This document shows, piece by piece, positions 13,006 through 25,946 of a stretch of DNA of 64,000 bases. The stretch is from Mobula hypostoma (Eukaryota), in the NCBI RefSeq assembly GCF_963921235.1, contig NC_086108.1, forward strand, positions 20,646,001-20,710,000, read 5' to 3'. The notes under the pieces were generated by a model. That model ran no database searches, was not told the DNA's origin, and saw nothing but the letters and a program-made list of their open reading frames with translations. Each line of letters begins with the position of its first letter. The stretch's first letter is position 1. The position numbers and the translations under genes were made by a program.

Positions 13006-14295
13006 CTCACATTATATCATCATGGAACTGGAATGGGAGAGAAGGCATGCAGCCCTCTATGTTGAGGGGCAGCCAAGGAAACAAGAGAAAAGGTTGATAA
13101 GAGATTAGTAACATTTGGGTCACCGAATTGCCAACTACGTCCAATAAAAGAAAGCCTGTCCCCCTGAGTAATTACACTCTCATCACCATGTAAATACGCT
13201 GGCTACAAAAATAAATCAAAGGCTGTGCATCCTTCATCAAATGACTCATTTTCTGTTGGCTTAAGTGTTTTTCAATATCTGGAATGTGAAGTCTGGAGTG
13301 TGATAAGATGTTTTCCACCTTCCTGGATAAGTGCAGCTCTACTAACACTCAAGAAACAGCACTACCCAAGTAACCTGCTTGACGGCATAATCAATCATCC
13401 TAAACATTCCCAGCGTGTGGAGGTTTTAATGAGTACAGTGAGTACACTGAAAATTCGCATCTACTTTACTCCAGAAGCATTTTCCAAAACTGTACAACCC
13501 CATCAACAAGAATTATAAGGGCTTTAGGTGCATGTGAACACCACACGACCCATGGGGTTGTCTCTAAGTTGCATACAACCCTTATTTGGAAGAACAATCT
13601 AAATCCTGCAATTCATAGTTGACAGAATTACTTAATAGAAGAACCAAAGCTGGTCAATAAGTTAGCTTACCATCATTTTATCATCAGCAATTAATAAATG
13701 CTGGTCTTACCAGTGGTACCCAGATACCAAAAATGAATAAGAGAAGTGTTTATCTAAGTCACTAAACTGAGTTGTAAGTGGCAATGGTGTCAACACAGAT
13801 CCCTGGGTCAGTGTGCTGGTTGCAGTCCTGATAAAACAAAATATCTGTTTATCCCAACACTGAGCAGCTGGACTTGTGAGCTACAACTCTTACATGGTAA
13901 CCTTTGTGTAGTACCTGAATTGGAATTCTGAAAACAATACATTCAAAAGTTCTTCTTATTTTTATCCTGCAAGATACATTCTCAGAGACTAATAAGTTTA
14001 TAAGCCACAAGTTCCCTTTGATAAAATCATGTTCAATCTGATAATCATGTAACGTTCTGCACCAGAACTCACAAATCAAACCAGTCACGCACACAATTAG
14101 AGCAGGGATGTTAATATTGAAAAAAGATGTAACACAAAGCACTTCAGATATAATTTAATGGATTGAATTTTTAAAAAAGAGAATTATTAAAAGTTTTTGT
14201 GCTGCTGAACTACTACTGCCTCCATCCCCAAAACAAATATGGCAATTGGTTATCAAATGACTGCAACAAAAATAACTAAGCATATTCTTCTTCTT

Positions 14296-14945
14296 GGGAG
14301 GGGAGGAGAAGATGGTGGTGCGACGCAGCACGCACGGCCGCTCCAAAATGATGTCGTATTTGTAAGTAGGATGCTGTGCACAATCCTGATTTGATGGAGG
14401 CAGACGTGAGAAACACGGAGGAACATCTGGAGAAACCTTCTGAAATGCCTGCTTCGCTGCCGCTGCTACCGTGCGATCGAGAATCTCCGGAGGGGAAGGC
14501 CCCAAATCCTCGGCTTTGCCTACTGCCTGTTGCCGGGACCGGGGTCGAAGCGCTCGGCAGAGATAGTGCTCAGTGTCGGAGGCTCAAAGTTTTCGGACGG
14601 ACTCAAGAGTCTGTTGTGGTCGGGTGCTTCCAGGGTGCTGCATCAGCAAGTTTGTGGTGCTGGAAGCTCATGGCAGGGAGAGTTTTTCTTCCTTCTCCAT
14701 CTGCGTGAGATGATGGGACTTTCGAGAGACTTTGAGACTTTTTTTACCGTGCCCAAGGTCTGTTCTTATCAAATTACAGTATTGCTTTGCACTGTTGTTA
14801 TAATATGTTATAATTATGTGGTCTTTGGCAGTTTTTCAGTCTTGTTTGTCTTGTGTTTCTGTCGTATCATTCTGGAGGAACATTGTATCATTTCTTAATG
14901 CATACATTACTAAATGACAAAAAGAGAGTGTCCTCATAATCTAAT
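14296..14945 (+). mobile_element. Non-coding, non-autonomous retroposon (family A), apparently full length
   Basis: Starts gggaggggaggagAAGATGG, ends gtcctcataatctaat; close reverse-complement copy at 48582-49078 and a tail copy at 61171-61228. Confidence 0.75.
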
Positions 14946-15497
14946 TGTCTGCAATTGTGTCCGTCTTTGTGCATAATTCTGTCAGTTTTTTTGAAGTTCA
15001 TCCAGCAATTTAGTAGAACTATATTTATGAATAAATAAACGCAGCTGGGTCACTGGTTTAATTTCTTATTCAAACATACATTCTCTACTGTTCCTAACAT
15101 ATGTGTCAATCTAGATAAAATGCTCAAAACTCTGATATGGTTATATTTTATAACTGATATTTTATTTGCAAGATGATGATTTTTAAATGAGGAATAGTAC
15201 CATTTAGATACAGTGATGTCTTCAAAACCATTGAAACCCGTTATCTTTCCTCCACAAACTAATCAACAAAATTCTGTTTCAGGGAGTTATGGACTTGAGA
15301 ATGGGGAAAAATAAATATCTTTCAGTATGCATTCATTAGCTGATCCTAGCTGCTTTTGTTAGAACATGCTTCAGTGTTAAATTTCTACCTTGCTCAAGAA
15401 GAATGTGAACGTTAGCTGCTTTACTGCAATGTTAAATTACTTTTTTAGGAAGGCTTATATTGAAAGGAAAATCATACTCAGAAACAAGAAGACTTAC

Positions 15498-15588
15498 TTA
15501 TAATTGTCATCTTCAACAAATTTCTGAAGTTCTTCAATGTATTGCACTGAATTCAGGTATTTCTGAACATGAGGCAACAAGGGGATAT
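15498..15588 (-). CDS. RALGPS2: RALGPS2-like coding exon ([31 protein letters not shown])
   Basis: Not in the ORF track; translated by hand. AG acceptor 15589-15590, GTAAG donor 15493-15497; 91 nt; joins the previous exon in frame (G|AT = Asp) across a 96-nt intron. Confidence 0.92.
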
Positions 15589-15684
15589 CTAAAAATACAA
15601 CCAACAAAAAAGAGAAAACATATCATACATTTTTCTGGGGGGATTTAAAATTTATTCGCAGAAGAATTTGCTCAAGAAACTCAC

Positions 15685-15822
15685 CATAATCGCAAGACTG
15701 CTGAAGATCAGAAATGATCCTCAAAATATTGTTCATTAGGTTCGATCTTTGTTCACACTCTATGATGCTGTGGGTGGATGGGTATGCAGAGTCAATATAT
15801 GTCAAATCAGACAAATAAATGC
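15685..15822 (-). CDS. RALGPS2: RALGPS2-like Ral GEF coding exon (CDC25/RasGEF domain C-terminal part: [46 protein letters not shown])
   Basis: Peptide matches the RALGPS2 form of this segment as I recall it ([16 protein letters not shown]) rather than RALGPS1; AG acceptor at 15823-15824 and GTGAG donor at 15680-15684 on the minus strand; 138 nt, phase 1-1. Confidence 0.9.
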
Positions 15823-17097
15823 CTGTAAAATAGAAAGAATACAAAAGATATGATAAACTGAAAATAGGCTAACATCAAAAATGAAATGCTAAAAAATTTA
15901 GGGAAATCAGAGCAATGCACTTAGATGTGGACATGGATATCAAAATAGAGAAACAGATTACATCCTTTTTCAGTTTCCAGTTATCACCAGAAAATGAAAA
16001 TACTGTTACACAGTAGCTGATGGCATAAACTCTAATGTCTTGCAAAAGTTTGATAAGTTTACTGAATCACCCAAAGTAGTGCAACATAGACAGAATCATA
16101 CAGCATGGAAACAACCCAATCAGCCAACCGTGTCCATACAGATCAACAGGTACCTATTGGTATTAACACCACCTTCCAATACTTTGCTGATAGCAAGGAC
16201 TGTAGCCCTCCATAATGAGATAATTCAAGTGTTTGTCTAGTCATTTCTTTAATGCTGTCAGCAACTCTGGTTCCACCCCTTTCTCCAGCAGTGCATTCCA
16301 GGGACTCAATCATTCTCTGCGTGAAAAAGGTACCCTCTAAAGTTGCTACCTCTTGGTGATGTGAAATTACCTTCTTCAAGAAATGGTTTGTAGAAGTAAT
16401 TAACTTATCAGACCCTTCTGAGGACAATAAACCAATATCGCGGAGCACTGAAGCACTATGCACAATAAAAGGCCATTTGATCATCAAGCACTCATTTACA
16501 CTATTCTTATTTTATTCCTAATACATTTCCATCAACTACCAGTGATGCTACAACTGCACTTGCATTGTAAATACAATTCATAATAGCTGAATATCTAAAT
16601 AAATGACACATGGAAGGAAAACACAGATCCCTGTGAAACCTATTTAGTGTCAAGGAAGGCATTCAAACTCAACACAGAACACTGGAGGACAAGTGAGGAT
16701 TGAACCCAGATCATAGAGCTGTGAGGCAGCAGATCTCTAGATGCACCACTACGCTATTGATGAAAAATTGATTTTAGTTGAAAAACAATGATTAGAGAAA
16801 TATGGGATTAATACAGAAAACCTTTTTTTTGTTTTGTTGATTAATTTACTGTAGCACTGACTTGAAGACACAGAGTCATAGAAACATACAATGCAGAAGT
16901 GTGCACTCTCTTTGATATGAATGTGCACAAAGACATGCATAGAGGTAAGGCAATTTTTTTTCAGATTCAGCTGACAGACATCCTCAAAGGCTGATAAAAA
17001 TAAAATCTTCATTGAGGTAGACTCTTGTTAAGTAAGTGATTAAAAGGTTATTGAAATGTAGCAGATAGGAATCAAGATAAGGAACATCACTGAATGT

Positions 17098-17850
17098 CAA
17101 GGTGATGCCAAACTATGGTCTTTGTTGAGGTTGTGACTCAGAGTTGCTTTTTTAGGTTTATAAGGTTGGTTTGGGGACAGAGTGGGGAGTTAGAGATAAT
17201 GTTAGAGTTTAAGGACAGAGGTGGGGGTATTAATGGTTATATCGGAGTCCAGGCCTCTGCTCTGTGCTCTGCATTCTGCACTCGAAGGCCAGTGACACGG
17301 ACTTGAAACAAAGGACAGCTGTGGACGGATGTTGGGCTAGAAAACGCTGTGGATAAAGTCCATTAAGGACAAGTGTTTGATCCAATACCCCCCACCCAAG
17401 GTTGGTGAGTCCTCCCAGGTCAACAGCACCCAGGATTGGAGGTCCTTGCAGGCTGGAGGAATGAGGGCCTATGGCCCCCAGGTGGGCAAGTCAGATATTC
17501 TGTAGTTAGGGGGTATCCTATCATTGGCGAGTGCTGGTGTCAATACTGTAGATCAAAGCACAAAGATTGAAGACCAAAATTGGTGAGTCCTGAAGTCGCT
17601 GCCTAAAAGCCAAAGTCCTGGGACTGCGAGTCCACTGGGGAAGTTGGAGGCTCGACATCTATGGGTCAGCAAGTCCATTGCAAGTTGGAGGCTGGAGGCA
17701 GCCTGTCCTGGGGCTGTAGAGGTAGTGTGTGTGTGTGTTGATTGGAGGGAGTAAAGGGGCTTGTTTTTGCTGTTTTTTGTTGCTGTTGTTCTACTGTTCT
17801 TGTTGCTTATGTTGTTCTGCTAAATATTGTGGGTATGCTATGTTGGTGCC
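17098..17850 (+). mobile_element. Non-coding, non-autonomous retroposon (family B), older copy
   Basis: Shares 5' motif (caag.tg.tgccaa.ct.tg.tct.tgttgagg), gaaggccagtgacacggactt and gggYatgctatgttgg with 54140-55030; a 3' fragment lies at about 21720-22060 (-). Confidence 0.6.
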
Positions 17851-20325
17851 TGCACAAGGACTCCCAAGACCCTTTGCATCTCTGCATTTTGAATTCTCTC
17901 CCCATCTAAATAATAGTCTGCCCACTTATTTCTTCCACCAAAGTGCATGACCATACATTTTCCAACATTGTATTTCATTTGTCACTTCTTTGCCCATTCC
18001 CCTAAACTATCTAAATCTCTCTGCAGGCTCTCCGTTTCCTCAACACTGCCTGCTCCTCCACCTATCTTTGTATCATTGGCAAATTTAGCCACAAATCCAT
18101 TAATACTGCATTCCAAATCATTGACATACAGTGGTCCCAACACCGACCCCTGTGGAACTCTACTGGTAACCAGCAGCCAGCAGAGTAGGATCCCTTTATT
18201 CCCGCTATCTGTTTTCTGCTGATCAGCCAATGCTCCACCCATGCTAGTAACTTCCCTATAATTCCATGGGCTCTTATCTTGCTAAGCAGCCTCATGTGTG
18301 GCATCTTGTCAAAGGCCTTATGAAAATCCAAGTACACCACATCTACTACATCTCCTTTGTCTACCCTACTTGTAATTTCCTCAAAAAAATTGCAGCAGGT
18401 TAGTCAGGCAGGATTTTCCTTTCAGGAAATTCCGGGTACTCCGTAATCTCATCCCTAACAATCGATTCCAACAACTTCCCAACCACTGATGTCAGGCTAA
18501 CAGGTCTATAGTTTCCTTTCTGCTGCCTTCCACCTTTCTTAAATAGCGGAGTAACATTTGCAATTATCCAGTCATCCAGTACAATGCCAGTATCTATTGA
18601 TTCATGAAAGATCATTGTTAATGCCTCCGCAATCTCTCCAACTACTTCCTTCAGAACCCGAGGGTGCACTCCATCAGGTCCAGGATATTTATCCACCCTC
18701 AGACCATTAAGATTCCTGAGCACCATCTCAGTCATAATTTTCACTGCACATACTTTGCTTCCCTAACATTCATGAATGCCTGGTATACTGCAGACGTCTT
18801 CCACTTGAAGACTGCTGTAAAATATGCATTTACTTCCTCTGCCGTCTCTGCATCTCTCTTACAATATCTCCAGCATCATTTTCTATTGGTCCTATATCTA
18901 CCCTCGACTCTCTTTTACCCTTTATATACTTAAAAATGCTTTTCGTATCTTCTTTGATATTAGTCTCAAGCTTCCTTTCATAATTCATCTTTTTCTTCCT
19001 TATGACCTTCTTAGTTTCCTTCTGCAAGTTTGAAAAGCTTCCCAATCCTCTATCTTCCCACTAACTTTGGCTTCCTTGTATGCCCTCTCTTTTGCTTTTA
19101 CTTTGGCTCTGACTTCACTTGTCAGCCATGGTAGTGTCCTTCTTCCATTCGAAAATTTCTTCTTATTTGGAATATTTCTGTTTTGCACTTCCCTCATTTT
19201 TCGCAGAAACTCCAGCCATTGCTGCTCTGCTGTCTTTCCTGCTAGTGTCCCTTTCCAGTCAACTTTGGCCAGTTCCTCTCTCATGCCATTGTAATTTCCT
19301 TTATTCCACCGAAATACCAACACTTTGGAATTTAGTTCCTCCTTCTCAAACTTCAAAGTGAACTCAATCATATTGTGATCATTGTTCTCTAAGGGTTCCT
19401 TAACCTTAAGCTCCCTTATCCCCTCCAGATCATTGCACAACACCCAATCCAGCACAGCCAATCCCCTAGTGGACTCAACAACAAGCTGTTCTAAAAAGTT
19501 TTCCCTTAGACATTCTACAAATTCTCTCTCTTGAGGTCCAGTACTGGCCATGGTTTTCCCAATCCATTTTCATGTTAAAATCCCCAATGATTATCATGAC
19601 ATTGCCCTTCTGACACGCCCTTTCTATCTCCTGCTGTAATTTGTAATCCACATTCCGGCTGCTGTTTGGAGGCCTGTATACAACTGTCATTAGGGTCCTT
19701 TTACCCTTGCCATTTCTTAACTCAACCCATAAGACTCTTCTTATTTCTTATACACAGGACCACACCAACCCCTTTGCCTACTAACCTATCCTTCTAATAC
19801 ACTGTATATCCTTGGACGTTCAGCTCCCAATGGCAGCCATCCTTTAGCCAAGTTTTAGAGATGGTCATAGCATCATACTTGCTGATCTGTAGCTGAATTT
19901 CAAGTTTGTCTATATTATTTCTTATGATGCATGCATTGAAATATAACACTTTCAGTCCAGTATTTGTTGCTTTTTGTTGTAAATCATCCCACTGGCTGTG
20001 ATTATGCCTCATCTCCTTCCTGTCATCTCGTTGCATGTTATCTTTGATTTATTTCTGTTTTCCCCTTCCTCAGCCCTATCACTCCAGTTCCCATCCCCCT
20101 GCCAAATTAGTTTAAACCCTCTCTAACAGCTCTATTAAACCTGCCTGCTTGGATATTGGACCCCTTTGTACAGGTCATACCTCTCCCAGAAGAGGCCCCA
20201 ATGATCCAGGAACCCGAAACTCTGCCCCCGACATCAATCTCTCAGCCACGCATTAATAAGCCTGATCATGCTATTCTTTTGCTTGTTAGCATGTGGCACA
20301 GGCAGCAATCCTGAGATTTCTACCC
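17851..20325 (-). mobile_element. CR1 LINE, ORF1 end plus frameshifted ORF2 (APE endonuclease and RT), 3' end missing
   Basis: ORFs 19794..20036, 19475..19690 (VVYRPPNS, IGDFN), 19000..19551, 18400..18744 (PGPDG, NYRPVSLTS), 18062..18340 (YLDFHKAFDK), 17982..18242 (VPQGSVLGP, KFANDTK). Confidence 0.92.
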
Positions 20326-22231
20326 TCATACTGTGTTTATTGTGTGTTTTATTATTGCATTCTTTATATTATTGCGTTTGTGTGCTGTATCAAATCCAGA
20401 GTAACAATTATTTTGTTCTCCTTTAAACTGATGTATTGGAAAAGACATAAAGTAATCTTAAATCTTGAATGTGATAAACAAATGAATCTGAATTTGAATG
20501 CCAGAGCAGTTTGAAGGGATTGAATAGTCTACTTCTATTACTAGTTTATAATTGCTTTCATGTTGAGGTAGCAGTAGGATGAAGTAGAATTGTCACATAT
20601 GTTTGACTGATTGTGGTGCTGGTGAACCTGAGCTTAATGGAGCTGGTAATGTTGAAGACTGGGGTTCCTCCTGTGACTCTTCCTAGGTCACTGATGATTG
20701 GGCAGGCATGATGGTTTATATCATGCAGTTACATCTAATACTGCACTCCACATTGAGATAATTGTGGCAAAAGAAAGCTATTGTTTTGTCATTGTTGTAG
20801 AAGACCTTCAAAAGTCTTTATGGTGAGCTGTTTTGCTGGCCGTGGGACTTCATCGGAGGCTTAATACTCTGCCTGTGACATCTGTTGCTCAAGCTCTAAA
20901 AATATCACCCTTTGTATTGCCATAAGATTCCAGTAACTTTTCCACATCTTCTTAGTCTGCTTTATACAAACTCAGCCTCGTGTTGCTTTTTCAAAAGTTG
21001 CAGATTCATAAACCTAGGGAGTAGAGCACACACTCTGGTGATAATTTTCAGCAGGCATCACCCACTATTGCAGGGATCTTGTCATCCCAAAAGGGGCTAA
21101 TCAAATATCAATTTTCCTGAATGGTGGGTTTAACAATGGCACTTATTTTTGAAATGATACGTCTTTTAACATACTGTATAGTATAGTAACAGAACATGGC
21201 TGTTGTTTGGGGTCAAGAGAACCATAAGAATGCTGTCAGCCACATCTTCAATGACAATTGTATGTCTAGGAGTTTTGTTGACAGGGTTAATGATACAGGT
21301 TATTTCTGCAACAATATCATTTAGCGAAGGGATACAGATAAAATGTAGGAAGAGTAGTGTTTTCATTCTAAACTTTTTCATTAAATAAGTACACATTGAA
21401 AGACTGCCCCCTAAGTGGTAGATTAAGAGATACTCAGGTTTATCCTTCCTCTTGGCAATGCCTCCAAGCAGAAATTAAGGCCATGTTTGGTTATTTTTAA
21501 AGCCTGGAATAGTCTGTACATTCTTTGAGATAAACATGTAGGTGGGAAACCCCTTTCAAGCAAGATCAGTTATATCCATGTTAAACACTTGTTTAAAACA
21601 GCCAATTTGCTTGATGAATTATTTCTGCTTCTTTGGAAAAATTGCTGCCACTACAGTACCTGCACTTGGTGCCTTCCCTGTAAATCTATATTATGCAAGT
21701 TTGCATACTTTAAATTTAGCTTTATGTACATGTACATCAGAAAATGCAGTGAAATGCATCATTTGCTTTAACAAGCAAAACAATCTGAAATGTGCTGGGG
21801 GCAGCAGCCTATAAATGTTGCCACACATTCCCATGCCAGCAATGCATACCCATAATGTTCAGCAGTAAAACATACAGCCAACACACAATGCAATACACAA
21901 CAGCAGCAAAACAAGCTCCTTTGTTTGTTGTCACCCAACACCCCTAACCTCAGTCACACACAGAGATGGGCCTTCACCCCAGGACAAGCCGGCTCTGGAC
22001 CTTCGACCGCCAAACCGTGTCCCTGGACTCGCAGGCATCATACCTCCGACCTTAAGATTTTCCAACCTAAGGACTTTGACCTCTGCATTGCAAATCTCAG
22101 CTTTGAAACCTTAAATATATTTCCTCAAACCATCCATATCTGGCCTTCAAAGAGATCAGCATTTTCAATAGATCCATCAGCTTGTCACATTCTTCCTTCT
22201 TGCCATAATAATATTGCTTTTTCTTGGAGCA

Positions 22232-24500
22232 TCATAGAACATACAACATAGAATAGTACAGCACATTACAGGCCCTTCAGCCCACAATGTTGCGCCGACC
22301 CTTAAACCCTGCCTCCCATATAACCCCCACCTTAAATTCCTCCATATACCTGTCTAGTAGTCTCTTAAACTTCACGAGTGTATCTGCCTCCACCACTGAC
22401 TCAGGCAATGCATTCCATGCACCAACCACTCTGAGTAAAAAACCTTCCTCTAATATCCCCCTTGAACTTCCCACCCCTTACCTTAAAGCCATGTCCTCTT
22501 GTATTGAGCAGAGGTGCCCTGGGGAAGAGGCTCTGGCTATCCACTCTATCTATTCCTCTTATTATCTTGTATACCTCTATCATGTCTCCTTTCATCCTCC
22601 TTCTCTCCAAAGAGTAAAGCCGTAGCTCCCTTAATCTCTGATCGTAATGCATACTCTCTAAACCAGGCAGCATCCTGGTAAATCTCCTCTGTACCCTTTC
22701 CAATGCTTCTACATCCTTCCTATAGTAAGGCGACCAGAATTGGACACCCCATAAGCTTTCTTAACTACCCTATCTACCTGTGAGACAGCTTTCAGGGATC
22801 TGTGGACATGTATCCCCAGATCCCTCTGCTCCTCCACACTACCAAGTATCCTGCATTTACTTTGTACTCTGCCTTGGAGTTTGTCCTTCCAAAGTGTATC
22901 GCTTCACACTTCTCCGGGTTGAACTCCATCTGCCACTTCTCAGCCAACTTCTACATCCTATCAACGTCTCCCTGCAATCTTCGACAATCCTCTACACTAT
23001 CTACAACACCACCAACCTTTGTGTCATCTGCGAACTTGCCAACCCACCCTTCTACCCCCACATCCAGGTCATTAAAAAAATCACGAAAAGTAAAGGTCCC
23101 AGAACAGATCCTTGTGGGACACCACTAGTCACAACCCTCCAATCTGAATGTACTTCCTCCACCACGACCCTCTGCCTTCTGCAGGCAAGCCAATTCTGAA
23201 TCCACCTGGCCAAACTTCCCTGGATCCCATGCCTTCTGACTTTCTGAATAAGCCTACTGTGTGGAACCTTGTCAAATGCCTTACGAAAATCCATATAGAT
23301 CACATCCACTGCACTACCCTCATCTATATGCCTGGTCACCTCCTCAAAGAACTCTAACAGCCTTGTTAGACACGATCTGCCCTTCACAAAGCCATGCTGA
23401 CTGTCCCTGATCAGACCATGATTCTCTAAATGTCCAGAGATCCTATCTCTAAGAATCTTTTCCAACAGCTTTCCCACTGCAGACGTTAGTCTCACTGGTC
23501 TATAATTACCCCAACTATCCCTACTTACCTTTTTTGAACAAGGGGACAACATTCGTTTCCCTCCAATCCTCTGGTACCATTCCTGTGGACAACGAGGACA
23601 TAAAGATCCTAGCCAGAGACTCAGCAATCTCTTCCCTCGCCTCATGGAGCAGCCTGGGGAATATTCCATCAGGTCCCGGGGACTTACCCGTCCTAATGTA
23701 TTTTAACAACTCCAACACCCCCTCTCCCTTAATATCAACATGCTCCAGTCCTGACGAAGGGTCTCGGCCTGAAACGTCGACTATACCTCTTCCTAGAGAT
23801 GCTGCTTGGCCTGCTGTGTTCACCAGCAACTTTGATGTGTGTTGCTTGAATTTCCAGCATCTGCAGAATTCCTGTTGTTTATGCTCCAGAACATCAACCT
23901 CACTCATATTGTCCTCACCGTCACCAAGTTCCCTCTCATTGGTGAATACTGAAGAGAAGTATTCATTGAGGACCTCGCTCACTTCCACAACCCAGGCACA
24001 TCTTCCCACTTTTATCTCTAATCAGTCCTACCTTCACTCCTGTCATCCTTTTGTTCTTCACATAATTGAAGAATGCATTGGGATTTTCCTTTACCCCACT
24101 CGCCAAGGCCTTCTCATGCCCCCTTCTTGCTCTTCTCAGCCCCTTCTTAAGCTCCTTTCTTGCTTCCCTATATTCCTCAATAGTCTCATCGGATCCTTGC
24201 TTCCTAAACTTCTTGTATGCTGCCTTTTTCCACCTGACTAGATCTTCCACCTCACTTGTCACCCATGGTTCCTTCACCCTACCATTCTTTATCTTCCTCA
24301 CCGGGACAAGTTTATCCCTAACATCCTGCAAGAGATCTCTAAACATCGACCACACATCCATAGTACATTTCCCTGCAAAAACATCATCCCAATTCACACC
24401 CGCAAGTTCTAGCCTTATAGCCTCATAATTTGCCCTTCCCCAATTAAAAATTTTCCTGCCCTCCCTGATTCTATCCTTTTCCATGATAATGCTGTAGGCC
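22232..24500 (-). mobile_element. CR1 LINE, 5'-truncated ORF2 (RT) with 3' tail
   Basis: ORFs 23963..24532, 23521..24009, 23052..23669 (SQHGFVKGRSCLT, DFRKAFDKVPH, VPQGSVLGP), 22401..22703, 22277..22474; (catagaa)-type tail at 22232-22255. Confidence 0.93.
23749..23880 (+). mobile_element. 132-bp Penelope 3' insertion starting at an intact hammerhead, inside CR1, with 9-bp TSD
   Basis: atgctccag at 23740-23748 and 23881-23889; CTGACGA 23751-23757, GAAAC-GTC 23771-23778; near-identical to the reverse complement of 4386-4517. Confidence 0.92.
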
Positions 24501-25946
24501 AGGAGTATAGCCTCATGATCTCCTAACCACATACTTAAACCTTTTCCTGTAGTCCTTATTATAATATTTTTTCTCTTAATTATGCATGATCCACTTCCAG
24601 GATAAATATTCCACTAAAACTAACAGACATCTGCTTTGAATTGTGTCAATAGTCAAATGGCCTACTTGCTTTTCAACAGGTGCAGATGTCAAAGGTCTGT
24701 GTCAGTAACTGTTCACTGAGTGATAGTAATCCCAGTTGACACAACAATGCCACCTGGAAATTAAATTGACCTTTATTTCCTGATACATTTCTCTACCCCC
24801 TAACATAAAGCATATTCATTATAACGTAAAGATTCTTGTTAATCAAGGATACTTAATCCAACAAGTTAACACACCAGAGTGGCTTTTGATAAAACCCTTG
24901 AAGCTCAGCAGTTTGAAGCTGTGATGAAATTACCAACCCAAATGCAAAAAGTAGTGTGTGGTAGAGTTTATCACATTAAAATCATTAGTTGACTTTCTAA
25001 TAGTCAGTTCTGGAAACAAATCACTCAATCCACTTGGAAAACCAAAGCTTAAGCCACAATGCTTTCATTGCACTGTGCTGGGGGAGGAGTTGGGGAAGGG
25101 GGAGAGAATTGATTCCACTAAATTACAATAAATCTAATGACATCAACTGGAATACAAAAATAAACTTACCTAAGTGCCTGTCTTCCTAATAATTGCTGCA
25201 CTTCACTACAGAAAACATTCTGCTACATAGAGTTTATTGGGATCCTTGGAGTTGTCGTATATTCAGTTGGTACTGATTCACTAACCATCATTTTAAACAA
25301 TTAGTGCATAACGCCCTGAGCTCTCCAAGAAAATCATTCCAGGCACTGGGAAAAGAGCCAGTTCCGTTGGTTTCTGAAGCTTTATAAATATTACAGGATA
25401 TACAGCTGAGAAACTACCTCTACCCACTTAATGAGTTTGCAATATGGCTTCCCTGTCTGCCAGAATATAAAGTGAGCTCAGTTTAGTTCCACATCACTGC
25501 CAGCATCAAATAAATATACACTCTCCAAAATGTCTCACTTTAATAAAAGAAACAAATCTCCACTTTACAAGAAATTAAAGTTGAAACTGTTGCATAACAA
25601 GCCACAATTTAGAAAAATAAAATCAATGTCACCACTGAAAGCTTGAAAAGCCACTATAAAAAATATGCAATGGCCATGCTTAATCTTTCAGAGTATAAAA
25701 GAGCTAAGTTAGTTTGAAAATAATTTAAGAAGATTGAATTGGGACAATTGCAAATTTAGATCTGAAGAATATTAACTTTGAAGTAACCTGAATCCTCCCC
25801 TGTCATTCTGAAAGAAAAAAAACCATTAGTTTATCTAATTCTTTGAAGTAGCGAGTGAGTGAGTGACATCTTGCAGGGCAGGAACCATTTGAAAACTGCA
25901 AGTCTCATCAGCAGTGAGTTATTTTTGAAGTAGCAAGTGAGAAAGA

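Noticed and set aside
25160..25230. Possible upstream RALGPS2 exon ending TTAG|gtaag at about 25170
   Set aside because: Good donor-like motif, but the upstream translation does not give the expected ...CIPYL peptide.
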